64,000 nt of DNA from Scyliorhinus canicula (taxonomy: Eukaryota): NCBI RefSeq assembly GCF_902713615.1, contig NC_052146.1, forward strand, positions 299,344,000 to 299,407,999. The letters are read 5' to 3'. Each line of letters opens with the position of its first letter. Positions within the stretch are counted from its first letter, which is position 1. The position numbers were made by a program, and so were the translations under genes. A model generated the notes under the pieces. The model was not told the DNA's origin. It made no database searches and saw only the letters and a program-made list of their open reading frames with translations. Below are positions 23,035 to 35,900 of the stretch, piece after piece.

Positions 23035-25039
23035 GTGAATCTCACAAATTCAAGCCTTCAATCCCTCTCACAGTGATAAAAGTCTTGCCCTTTCATTTTG
23101 TTATTTTATGCTTAGCTTTTAATGCTCAAAACTCACTGTGCAATGGTCATTGACTTCCCCATTACTGATTAATGTGCTAAATACGAAACCAAATGTTTTC
23201 TCTACCCTACCATTAATTGTTGAGAAGCAGTATCCAGCTATTTAGAGATGTCCTGCGCTTCCACCCAATCCCTCTGGTTATCATCAGTCTGGCCTCTTCC
23301 CCACTGGAGCATTGAAATTCCTCTGTAATATGGCTTTGTTTTAAGCTTCTTTTATAATATGTTGAGGGGACCACCAAGGCCATGTGGGCGGCACAGTGAT
23401 TAGCACTGCTACCTCATAGCGCCAGGGTCCCGGGTTCAATTCCGGCCTTGGGTGACTGTCTGTGCGGAGTCTGCACGTTCTCCCCGTGTGTGCGTGGGTT
23501 TCCTCCGGGTGCTCCGGTTTCCTCCCACAGTCCCAAGCTGTGCAGGTTAGGTGGATTGGCCATGCTAATTTGCCCCTTAGTTTCCGAAAGGTTAGGTGGG
23601 GTTACTGGGTTATGGGGATAGGGTGGAGGTGTGGGCTTGGGTCGGGTGCTCTTTCCAAGGGCCGATGCAGACTCGATGGGCTGAATGGCCTCCTGCTGCA
23701 CTGTAAATTCTTTGATTCTGTGATCCCTGGTGCAATTGAAATTAAGCTTGTCAAATACAAACAACTTTAAAACCTGTTCACTTTTGAGTGTTGAACCTGG
23801 TTGCCAAGTTCAATTAATCTTGCTGGTTTATTTGGGGATTTTTGTTGGCGGCACATCATGAGCTGTTAAAGGCCAACTGATTGCTCAAAACTGTCCCACA
23901 CCATGATGAATGAGACCATGTGATTAAATACCTCCTCTGAAGGACTAAAGTCCTTTTCGGAAGGGAAGCCTTAACTGGCCTGCCCTAAATGTGACTCCAG
24001 CCCCAGAGCAATGTGGTTGACTCTTGGCTACCCTGTGAATTGGCCCAGCAAGCCACTCTAGCAAGCTGTACTGAAGAAGGCAGCTCACTACCACCTTCAC
24101 AAGGGCTATTCAGGATAGGCAATAGATGCTGGCCTTGCCAGTGAAGTCCACATTCAAAAGTGCATTACAAAAGCATAGAGGAAGGCTCAGTAAACACAGT
24201 CACTTGCTGTGAGAGAGGGACAGGCGATGCAATTCTTGGAAATCAAACATCATCCTTTCCCGGAAAGTGAAACTAAAACTTTAGCAACCTACCCGAGACT
24301 CTCAATTTGAACTTTCTGCAGGGACTTCCTTTTTCCAAAATATGAAGCTGAAAGTGTTTACTGCAGTTTGTTAGATTTCTTTTATCTTTATTGTCACAAG
24401 CAGGTTTTACATTAACACTGCAATGAAGTTACTGTGAAAATCCCCTGGTCGCCTCATTCCGGCACCTGTTCGGGTACACTGAGGGAGAATTTATAATAAT
24501 AATAATAGCTTATTGTCACAAGTAGGCTTCAATTAAGTTACTGTAAAAAGCCCCTAGTCGCCACTTTCCGGCGCCTGGTCTGGGGTGGGGGGGGCTGGTA
24601 TGGGAATTGAACCTGCACTGCTGGCATTGTTCTGCATTACAAGCCACCTATTTAGCCAACTGTGCTAAACCAGCCCCTATTACCAACGTCCAAATTACCT
24701 AACAGCACGTCTTTCGGGACTTGTGGGAGGAAACCAGAGCACCCGGAGGAAACCCTCGCAGACACAGGGAGAACGTGCAGACTCAGCACAGACAGTGACC
24801 CAAGCCGGGAATCGAACCTGGGACCCTGGAACTGTGAAGCAACAGTGATAACCACTGTGCTACCGTGCCGCCCACATCCAGTTTTAACTGCTCACAGCTC
24901 CAAGTATGCAAGAATAGGAAGAGAAGATCTCCTAGGTTACGGCCAGGTGTCTCAATTTCAGAATCAGACCGTAACGTGTTGGATTGAAGTTTCCCTTTAA
25001 CCCTTGAATTCACCTTTTTAAAAGGGAAAGAGAGAGTGG

Positions 25040-28000
25040 GGGGGGGGGGTCACATGATCGGAGTGCGGGAATGGCTGCGCTTTTACGCGCGTCGGCTCTA
25101 CTCATCTTTTAATCCACCTTTTCATCCTTGTGCACATTTCTTTATTGTCTTTTCTTGGTTTCCATGATTTGTACAAAGTCCTGAGAATTGTGGGCTGATA
25201 TTTCTGCAGGATAGAACCAGGATAGAATATTTGAATCCTCACTTGCTCTTGATGGCTGGGAGGAGTTGGGCTGGGCCCTGCCGCCTTTCGTGGCCCAGTT
25301 GCCTTTGAACGGGCTCCCTCCCTGACGGTGCGGTGTGCCAACGAATATACCGTTTTTGCTGAAAGTCTCGACTCTGTGGAGCAGATCATCAAGGCCCATT
25401 TCCAACGGGCCGAGCAGGGGGTGCTGGCCTGTGGCGGGCAGGGGATGGGTTATGGCTAGTCGGCAGGGGAGGCGAGGCAGGGAGTCCTCTGATCCGGCTG
25501 ATAACCTGGAATGTGAGGGGGCTGAATGGGCCGGTCAAACGGGCCCGGGTGTTTACGCACCTGAAGGGGCTGAAGGCGGACGTGGCCATGCTCCAGGAGA
25601 CGCACCTGAAGGTGGCGGACCAGGTTAGACTGAGGAAGGACTGGGTAGGCCAGGTGTTTCATTCGGGGCTGGATGCAAAAAATCAGGGGGGGGGGGCGAT
25701 TCTGGTGGGAAAAAGGGTGTCGTTTGAGGCGTCAAAGGTGGCGGCTGACAGCGGAGGGAGGTATGTGATGGTGAGCGGCAAGCTGCAAGGGCAGCGGGTG
25801 GTGCTGGTGAATGTCTATGCCCCAAATTGGGAAGATGCGGGTTTTATGCGGCGCATGTTGGGCCGCATTCCGGATCTAGAGACCGGGGGGGGGGCCTGAT
25901 ACCGGGAGGGGACTTTAACACAGAGCTGGATCCCCTATTGGATCGATCCATGTCCAGGACGGGTAGGAGGCCCGCAGCGGCTAAGGTGTTGAGGGGGTTT
26001 ATGGACCAGATGGGCGGGGTGGATCCTTGGAGGTTCGCGAGGCCGAGGGCCAGGGAGTACTCGTTTTTCTCCCACGTGCATAAGGCCTATTCGAGGATTG
26101 ATTTTTTTTGTCCTGAGCAGGGGGCTGATTTCGAGGGTGGAGGATGCCGAGTATTCGGCCATAGTCATTTTGGACCATGCCCCGCACTGGGTAGACCTTG
26201 AGCTGGGGGAGGAGAGGGACCAGCGCCCGCTCTGGCGCCTGGAGGTGGGACTGCTGGCAGATGAGAAGGTGGGCGGGCGGGTTCGGGGGTGTATCAAGAG
26301 GTACTTAGAGGCCAATGATAATGGGGAGGTCCGGGTGGGGACGGTTTGAAGGCAGTGATTAGAGGGGAGTTGATTTCCATCCGAGCCCATAGAGAGAGGG
26401 GAGAGCAAAGAGAGAGGGAGAGGTTGGTGGGGGAGATAGTGAGGGTGGACAGAAGATATGCGGAGGCTCTGGAGGAGGGACTGTTGAGGGAGCGACGTAA
26501 CCTTCAGGCCAAGTTCGACTTGTTGACCACAGGAAAGGCGGAAGCTCAGTGGAGGAAGGCACAGGGAGCGGTGTACGAATATGGGGAGAAGGCGAGTAGG
26601 ATGCTGGCGCATCAGCTACGTAAGCGAGACGCGGCCAGGGAGATTGGTGGAGTGACGGATAGGGGAGGCAATGTGGTGCGAAGGGAGGTGGACATTAATG
26701 GGGTCTTCAGGGACTTTTATGGGGAATTGTATCGGTCCGAGCCCCCGGTGGAGGGGGGGGGGGGAAATGGGGTACTTTTTGGATAGGCTGAGATTTCCGA
26801 AGGTGGAGGAGGGACAGGTGGAGGGGCTGGGGGCGCCGTTTGAACTGGAGGAGCTGGTCAAAGGGATAGGCAGCATGCAGTCGGGGAAGGTGTCGGGGCC
26901 GGATGGGTTTCCGGTCGAATTTTACAAACTATATGCGGACCTGTTGGGCCCCCTGTTGGTTAGGACCTTTAACGAGGCAAGGGAGGGGGGGGGGGGGGCT
27001 TTGCCCCGACTATGTCACGGGCGCTGATTTCCTTGATCCTTAAACGGGCCAAGGACCCCCTGCAGTGTGGATCATATAGGCCGATCTCGTTATTAAATGT
27101 AGATGCCAAGCTGTTGGCGAAGATCTTGGCCACAAGGATAGAGGACTGTGTGCCGGGGATCATTCATGAGGACCAGAAGGGGTTTGTGAAGAGAAGGCAG
27201 CTGAACACCAATATACGTAGGCTTCTGAATGTTATAATGATGCCGGCGGTAGAAGGGGAGGCGGAGATAGTGGTAGCAGTAGACACGGAGAAGGCCTTTG
27301 ATAGGGTTGAGTGGGGGTACTTGTGGGAGGTGCTGGAAAGGTTTGTGTTTGGGGAGGGGTTTGTCAATTGGGTGAGGCTGTTATATGAAGCCCCGATGGC
27401 AAGCGTAGCCACGAATAGGAGGGGATCGGAGTACTTTCGGTTGTACTGGGGGACGAGGCAGGGGTGTCCCCTGTCCCCTTTGCTCTTTGCGTTGGCAATT
27501 GAGACCCTAGCCATGGCATTGAGGGAGTCGAGGAATTGGAGGGGTCTGGTGCGGGGTGGGGAGGAGCACCGAGTGTCATTATATGCAGATGACTTGTTGC
27601 TTTATGTGGCGGACCCAGTGGGGGGAATGCCGGAGGTGATGCAGATCCTTAGGGAATTTGGGGGCTTTTCTGGGTACAAGCTGAACCTGGGTAAGAGTGA
27701 GCTGTTCGTCGAGCACCCGGGGGACCAAGAGGAGGGGATTGGTAGGCTCCCGTTGAAAAGGGCGGGGAGGAGCTTTCGGTACCTGGGGGTCCAGGTGGCT
27801 AGGAGCTGGGGGGCCCTTCACAAGCTTAACCTCACTAGGCTGGTGGAGCAAATGGAGGAGGAGTTCAAAAGATGGGACATGTTGCGGCTGTCACTGGCGG
27901 GTAGGGTGCAGTTCGTCAAGATGACGGTGCTCCCAAGGTTTTTGTTTCTGTTCCAGTGCCTCCCCATCCTTATCCCGAAGGCCTTTTTTAGGAGGGTCAA

Positions 28001-29480
28001 CAGGAGTATTACGGGATTTGTGTGGGCGCATGGGACTCCGAGGGTGAGAAGGGTGTTTTTGGAGTGGGGCAGGGATAGGGGGGTACTGGCGCTGCCCAAC
28101 CTCTGTGGGTACTATTGGGCTGCCAACGCAGCGATGGTGCGTAAGTGGGTAATGGACGGGGCAGGGGCAGCATGGAAGAGGATGGAGATGGCGTCCTGCG
28201 TGGACACGAGCCTGGAGGAGCTGGTAACGGTGCCGTTGCCGCTCCCTCCAACGAGGTATACCACGAGCCCGGTGGTGGCGGCTACCCTCAAAATCTGGGG
28301 GCAATGGAGATGGCATAGGGGGAGGTGGGGGGCTCTATGGAGGCCCCGATATGGGGGAACCATCGGTTTGTCCCTCGGAGCATTGATGGCTGGTTTCTTG
28401 GCGGGCACAGGGTAGGTATTAGGAGGTTGAGAGACCTGTTTGTGGATTGGAGGTTTGTGAGCCTGGGTGAGTTAGAGGCGAAGTTTGGGCTCCCCCCCCG
28501 GGAACACGATAGGTACATGCAGGTTAGGGCGTTTGCCAGGCGGCAGGTGGAGGGGTTCCCTCTGCTGCCCCCACGTGGGGCACAGGACAGTGTGCTCTCG
28601 TGGGTGTGGGTTGGAGGGGGGAGGATTTCGGACGTGTACCACGTCATGCAGGAGGTGGATGAGGCCTCGGTGGAGGAGCTGAAGGGTAAATGGGAAGAGG
28701 AGCTGGGTGAGGAGATTGAGGAGGGGACGTGGGCGGATGCCCTGGAAAGAGTGAATTCCTCCTCTTCCTGTGCGAGGCTTAGCTTCATACAGTTCAAGGT
28801 GCTTCATAGGGCCCACATGACCGGGACGAGGATGAGTAGGTTTTTCGGGGGCGAAGACAGGTGTGCTAGGTGCTCGGGGAGCCCAGCGAACCACGCCCAT
28901 ATGTTCTGGAAGGGGGTAGCAAGGACGATGTCGAGGGTGGTAGGATCCAGGGTCAAGCCAGGCTGGGGACTCGCAGTTTTTGGGGTTGCAGTGGAGCCGG
29001 GAGTGCAGGAGGCGAAAGAGGCCGGTGTTCTGGCCTTTGCGTCCCTAGTAGCCCGGCGGAGGATCTTGCTTCAATGAAAGGATGTGAGGCCCCCAAGCGT
29101 GGAGGCCTGGATCAATGATATGGCGGGGTTCATCAAATTGGAGAAGGAGAAATTTGCCCTGAGGGGATCAGTACAGGGGTTCTTTAGGCGGTGGCAGCCT
29201 TTCCTGGACTTCCTGGCAGAACGGTAGGAAAATAGGCCGGCAGCAGCAGCAACCCGGTGGGGAGGGGGGGGGGGGGGGGGGGGGTTTGTTTCGGGGGAAG
29301 GGTGAAATGTGTATATGTGTTTATCTATTTCTTCTGTTTGTAGTTACTGGGGAGGGGGGGGGGTTGGTTTTGAAGGGTTAGTGTGTTTTTCTTTTGGTTG
29401 TTAATACTGCTTTCTTGTTGTTATTTTCTGTTTTTGATATGTTTTGGAAAATCTCAATAAAAATTATTTAAAAAAAAAAA
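25040..29480 (+). mobile_element. L1-clade LINE with nearly complete but frameshifted ORF2 (APE endonuclease-RT-CCHC) and no recognisable ORF1
   Basis: LITWNVRGLN..VAMLQETH..VNVYAPN..GGDFN..YSRID..DHAP (APE). YRPISLLNVDAK..EKAFDRVEW..GTRQGCPLSP..YADD (RT). CARC..HAHMFW. 3' UTR with aataaa and an A-tail ending at 29480. Confidence 0.92.
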
Positions 29481-29496
29481 TCAAGGCCCAGTTCCA

Positions 29497-29717
29497 GCCA
29501 GCACGGTGGCGCAGTGGTTAGCACACTAGCCTCACGGCGCTGAGGTCCCAGGTTCGGTCCTGGCTCTGGGTCACTGTCCGTGTGGAGTTTGCACATTTTC
29601 CCCGTGTCTGTGTGGGTTTTGCCCCCACAATCCAAAGATGCGCAGGCTAGGTGGATTGGCCACGCTAAATTGCCCCTTAATTGGAAAAAATTAATTGGGT
29701 ACTCTAAATTTATTAAC
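29497..29717 (+). mobile_element. Short-tail SINE with 18-bp TSD immediately after the L1 A-tail
   Basis: aatcaaggcccagttcca at 29479-29496 and 29718-29735. Confidence 0.85.
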
Positions 29718-31824
29718 AATCAAGGCCCAGTTCCAAACGGTAAAAGGTCTTTTTATGGAGGTGGTGGAGGTGCATGAGGGGGTTTTTGCGCTGGAGAGAG
29801 CACTACCTCTGGTGAGAACCAGCCTGAATTCGATGGAGCACATTCATTCCTGTCTCCGAGGCCTGGGGTCAGTTTGGCCTACCGATCTCCTTCTGTGTTG
29901 TCCTTTTCCAGATGTTGACCGTGAGGGGTTGGGGGTGGCCGAGCTGGTCGAGTAATCCCATCCGGCCAGATGGTGACTGCCCGGGTTCTGGGTGACGATG
30001 TCTGATGCTTACATCGGTGCAATCCTTGAGAGATCCAGAGGAGTGCTCGTTGATCCTGATTCAGCCTCATAGAATTATATTTATGCCTATATGTTGATCT
30101 TTAACCTGGCGTTGTAAGACTTCTTACTATGCCCACCCCAGTCCAACGCCGGCATCTCCACATCATTATATTTATAAACCCGAAGGACCCTGTAAGCCGT
30201 CTTAACAACTGTTTCAGCTTGCCAGGCCACCTTCAGAGAATTATGCACTTGACCCCTGAGGTCCCTCTGCTCCTGTACGCCCCTCAAAGTTGTGCCGTGA
30301 AGCCAATATTGTCTCCCCAAGTTTCTTCTACCAAAATGCATTATCTCACATTTCGCCGCGTTGAGGTTCATCTGCAGGTGACTGCCCATTCGGCCAACTT
30401 GTCAATGTCCCTCTAAAGTCGCTGAGCGTCATCCTCACAATTCACTATTCTCCCTAGCTTAGTACCATCTGCAAATTTAGAAATTTTGCCCTCAACACCC
30501 ACTTTGAAATCGTTCATATAAATCAGAAAAAGCAAGGGTCCCAACACTGAGCCCCCGGGAGCACCATTTTCAACTCATCTTCAGTCTGACAAATGCCCAG
30601 CTATACCGTGTCTAGTGACTCGGGTCTTTATTTTTCACTCCTTATTCTTTTTGTGATTCTCTATGGGGGACCCAGGGTCCGAGGTTTGAGGTCTGAGTTT
30701 TACATGGACGTGTAGTACCCAGCCTTCTCTTTGTAGTATTGCAGCCATACAATGACTTTCTCTTCTGTCCCGGGCCATGTTAGGGTTTGGATTGTGTGGC
30801 GGGGTATCAATGTAATATAATTCTGTCCTCGTATGGGGCCCTCCTGGGTTTTTTCCCTCTGTTGCTTTTTTAAAAATATTTTTTATTCTCCTCATTTTCC
30901 ACATTTTCATCAAATACACAACAAAAGGCAACCAACAATAACACACACAGTATCAATCCCCCAACCAGCGTCCCCTTCAATATACAAACCCAAACATCAC
31001 CCATACATTCCAAATAAAAAAAACCAAAAAGACCAAAAGAAAACTAACGGTCATCCTATAAACAACCTCACCGATAGCACCCCCCCTAATGTCGATGCCA
31101 TCCAATTATTGAAAGTGCAAGATAAACAATGCCCATGAATTGTAGAACCCCTCCCCCACAAATAAACGAAAACCGCGGCAACACATTTATTCAGGGGCTG
31201 GTTTAGCACAGTGGGCTAAACAGCTGGCTTGTAATGCAGAACAAGACCAGCAGCGCGGGTTCAATTCCTGTACCAGCCTCTTGAACAGGTGCCAGAATGT
31301 AGCGACTAGGGGCTTTTCACAGTAACTTCGTTGAAGCCTACTTGTGACAATAAGCGATTATTATATTATTATTATTTTAATCGCCTACACCTGACCTGCC
31401 AGCGACAGAGGGAGACTATCCCAACTTGCCAGAATGACCTTCACCCTTCCCACCAAGCTAGTAAGATTGTACCTACAGACCCCCCCCACCAGTCCCGTGC
31501 CACCTGCACCCCCAGACACCTAAAGTGGGTTGCTGCCCTGCGAAATGGGAGCCCCCCCATGCCAGCCCCCATCACCGACCAGCACACCACAAAGTATTCC
31601 CTTGTTTCCAGGTTTAATTTCTATCCCAAAAAGGGCCCAAACATTTGGAAAATCTCCAATATACCCCCATCAACGCATTCGACTCTGAAACATTCAGTCA
31701 TAAACCATCCATGCACAGAGACACCCTGTGTTTCACCCCCCCTCCCTTCCCTCCCAAACCTCTCTCGCACCGCAATCAAATACCCCCACTCTACCCGATC
31801 AAATGCCTTTTCTGCGTCCAACAT

Positions 31825-32071
31825 TTTTAATTTTTTAAATTTTTTTTTTATTTTATAAATTTAGATTAGCCAATTATTTTTTCCAATTAAGGGGCAATTT
31901 AGCGTGGCCAATCCATCTACTCTGCACATTTTTGGGTTGTGGGGGCGAAACCCACGCAGACACGGGGAGAACGTGCAAACTCCACACGGACAGTGACCCA
32001 GAGCCGGGATCGAACCTGGGACCTCAGCGCCGTGAGGCGGTTGTGCTAACCACTAGGCCACCGTGCTGCCC
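31825..32071 (-). mobile_element. Short-tail SINE with 16-bp TSD nested in L1
   Basis: tttctgcgtccaacat at 31809-31824 and 32072-32087. Confidence 0.85.
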
Positions 32072-32138
32072 TTTCTGCGTCCAACATAATCACCACCTCT
32101 GTCTCCTTTCCCTCAGCCAGCATCATAACTACCTTTAG

Positions 32139-32366
32139 GGCAGCACGGTGGCACAGTGGTTAGCATTGCTGCCTCACGGCGCTGAGGACCCGGGTTCGAA
32201 TCCCGGCCCTGGGTCACTGTCCGTGTGGAGTTTGCACATTCGCCCCGTGTCTGCGTGGGTTTCGCCCCCACAACCCAAAGATGTGCAGGGTAGGTGGATT
32301 GGCCACGCTAAACTGCCCCTTAATTGGAAAAAAAATTGGGTACTCTAAATTTATTGTAAAAAAAAG
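32139..32366 (+). mobile_element. Short-tail SINE with ~17-bp TSD nested in L1
   Basis: atcataactac(c/a)tttag at 32122-32138 and 32367-32383. Confidence 0.82.
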
Positions 32367-32933
32367 ATCATAACTACATTTAGCATCCTCCTAAAATTCG
32401 AGAACAGCTGCCTCCCTTTCACCAACACCCTGTTGATCTGGTGCGTGGCCACCACCAATTTCCATGCCCTATCCCGCACCTTGACAGTTTCCCAACTGCC
32501 GCCTCCCTCCGAAGTTGGCCCGCCAGCATGCGCGCTGGTTCGATTTTGGCTTGGGTCACTTTCTGTGCGGAGTCTGCACATCCTCCCCGTGTATGCGTGG
32601 GTTTCCTCCGGGTGCTCCGGTTTCTTCCCACAGTCCAAAGGTGTGCAGGTTAGGTGGATTGGCCATGATAAATTGCCCTTAGTGTCCAAAATTGCCCTTA
32701 GTGTCGGGTGGGGTTACTGGGTTATGGGGATAGGGTGGAGGTGTTGACCTAGGGTAGGGTGCTCTTTCCAGGAGCCGGTGCAGACTCGATGGGCCGAATG
32801 GCCTCCTTCTGCACTGTAAATTCTATGATAACCCCGTGGACCAAGGAGAAAAAGGAATACTCACGCTCCCTCGGGTGGAAGAACCTCCAATGGGTCCACT
32901 CCTACCATTTCCTCCATAAACCCAGTCAACACC

Positions 32934-32980
<47 letters not shown>

Positions 32981-35900
32981 ATTGGGGCAAGTGAGCATGG
33001 CTACGACCTGTCCAGCCTTGGCTCCTGCACAAAGCTCCAGTCCCCTCCCACTATCAGCTTGTGCGAATTCAAGTCCAGAATGGCCCCACATACCTTCCTC
33101 ATGAACCCTGCATCATCCCAGTTAGGGCCATACACACTCGCCAACGGCACTAACTTCCCCTACAATTCCCCTGTTACTGCCACATATCTACCCCACCCCT
33201 CCCCCGGTCCGTCACCACCTGGAACCTCACTCTCTTATTGACTAACACTGCTACCCCCCGTGTCCTGCTGTCAAATCCTGAATGAAACACTTGGCTTACC
33301 CAGCCCTTCCTGAGCCTCCCCTGATATTTCACCCTCAAATGAGTCTCCTGTAACATAGCCACGTCAGCCTTTAAACTTTTTAGGCGCGCAAGCACCCTCG
33401 ACCTCTGAAACCTGCTCACCAGGTTCCAATGTCCGCAGCCCCTCCCCCACCAAACCTCCATTGACTAGCTGACTTAAGCTTGCTCGTGCGGGGACCCATG
33501 CACAGGACCCGCCCTCCCCTCCCCTCCTCCCGCCCAGTCCCAGGAGAAACAACAAGAAAATGCACACCCGCCTCAAACGAACATATCCGATGCAAACATA
33601 TAGAGCCCGTCGCTACAGAAAAACAAAGACAGAAATCCCCCCCCCCCTTACCTCATGCAAAACAACAACTCTACCCCATTTAACCCATAAACAGCATGAA
33701 GTAAAAAGTAGAACTATATACACTCTTCCAACTCCCCTCCACTCGATCCAAGACCAATCCTCAGTCCCATTCCTCACTTCTGTCCCAGACCTTCTGCCTT
33801 CACAAATGCCTCCGGTGCCTCCACTGTCTCGAAATAAAAGTCTCTGCAGTTGTAGGTCACCCTCAACTTCGCTGGGTACACTACACCGAACCGCGCCCCA
33901 CTGTTATACAGTGCTGTCATCACTTGGCCGAAGGCCACTCGCCTCCTCGCCAGCTCCACTGTTAAGTCCTGGTAAATACGGACACCAGCTCCAGCCCACT
34001 CCACCTCCCACTTCTGCTTTGCCCAACTCACAACCTTCTCCTTCACGTGGTACCTGCGGAAGCATTGAGGTGAGCTGATCGCTGCGACACGGCTTCCTCC
34101 ACTCCCTTAATTTTCTCACCCTGCTCCCGTACCCCGGCCGATGCCATTGGCACAGCCTCCTTCACCGGAGCAATCGCCTCCTCCACCAACACCTTCAACG
34201 CCACCATCATCTCCTTCCTCATCCCCCCCCCATGTGCTTTACGAACTGCTTCTCCAGTTCGAAGCCATCACCTCGGTCATCTTTTCTGCCGTAAGCAGTG
34301 CGGCCCCACCCAGCGACCCAGCCTCCGCCATCTTGCCAGCTACCCGGCTGGCCCTTTCACTCGACGTCAAACCCTCACTCCCTCCCTTCTTCACGGTGGG
34401 TTTCTTCTGATTTTTCCACATCTCCCTCCTTCCTTATGCCATCCTGGACTCGATTGTCAAAACATTGCCCCCGAGACCGGCCATTAAACTCCAAAAGAAG
34501 TAGCCTCGAGCAGGAGCCACCCAACGTGTGACCTCCTCCTGCATGCCGCTACATGTTTGAAGTGTTGACGGTTTCCTGTTTTGATACAGTCGGGTCTTGT
34601 ATCCGTGAAGGGAACATGTTGGGGATGTGTGTGATGTGCTGTACCTGCTTTACATTGATACCTATGGCCATTTGTTCTCTTTCCTGGTTGTGCTGCAATG
34701 TTTGTAAAAAATTTTTAATTTCAATAAAAATATATTTTAAGAAACAGAGGGGGGGAGATACCTGTCAGATGAACAAATTAAAGCTTACATTTTCCATCGC
34801 GTCATTTCAGTGTCATCCACCTTGTAATCCGCACATCAGATTCTCTCCCATGGATGGAACGTAGAACATAGAACATATAGTGCAGAAGGAGGCCATTCGG
34901 CCCATCGAGTCTGCACCGACCCACTTAAGCCGACCCACCGACCCACTTCCACCCTATCCCCGTAACCCAATAACCCCTCCTAACCTTTTTGGTCACTAAG
35001 GGCAATTTATCATGGCCAATCCACCTAACCTGCACATCTTTGGACTGAAGGAGGAAACCGGAGCACCTGGAGGAAACCCACGCAGACACGGGGAGAACGT
35101 GTAGTCTCCGCACAGACAGTGACCCAGCAGGGAATCGAACCTGGGACCCTGGCGCTGTGAAGACACAGTGCTATTCATTGGTGCTACTGTGCTGCCCCCT
35201 GGGATTTCCCTGTGAGTGGGTTGGCTCCATTTATCTTCCGTGTTCACCCAACACAATAGGTCCAACACAGTGATGCAGAACGGTAGCATAGTGGTTAGCA
35301 CAAATGCATCACAGCTCCAGGGTCCCAGGTTCGAATCCTGGCTTGGGTCACTGTCTGTGTGGAGTCTGCACGTTCTCCCCGTGTGTGCGTGGGTTTCCTC
35401 CGGGTGCTCTGGTTTCCTCCCACAGTCCAAAGATGTGCGGGTTAGGTCGATTGGCCAGGCTAAAATTGCCCTTAGGGTCCAAATTGCCCTTCATGTTAGG
35501 TGGGGTTACTGGGTTATGGGGATAGGGTGGAGGTGTGGGCTTGGATAGGGTGCTCTTTCCAAGAGCCGGTGCAGACTCGATGGGCCGAATTGCCTCCTTC
35601 TGCACTGTTAATTCTATTAGCCCTATTGCTGCTGAAACGCTGCCATCCTCCAAACCTCCTCTTGATTTTCCTTCGTCTGCACTTGTTTAAAAGTTGCCCA
35701 TCTCTACGGCTTTCCATTCTGATGGGAGTCCATCAGCGTAAAACATGAACCGTTTCTCTCTCTCTTTCCTTCTGAATATTGTCTCACATTTCCTGCTTTG
35801 ACTTTAAATGGACACCTTCAACAGTGTTTCGCTTCATGTTTCTGAACTTGGTGGAGAAGCAAAAGCGAATTGCGGTATTTGTTCAATGAAGTCCCTATGA

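Larger units (their letters stand above)
30865..34540 (-). mobile_element. Heavily deleted L1-clade LINE (ORF1 and ORF2 remnants) with four nested SINEs
   Basis: ORF1 C-terminal-like VRIYQDLTVELARRR..FGVVYPAKLRVTY (33774-34046). APE LKSLKADVAMLQETH..RGVAVLV (33174-33461). RT LDAEKAFDRVEWGYL (31621-31824). Confidence 0.8.

Noticed and set aside
29497-29575. tRNA genes at SINE 5' ends
   Set aside because: The A/B boxes belong to SINE heads that run on into core and tail sequence and have TSDs. There is no convincing standalone cloverleaf.
32935-32979. Poly-Pro/poly-Gly ORFs
   Set aside because: They arise from a long C homopolymer inside a decayed L1.
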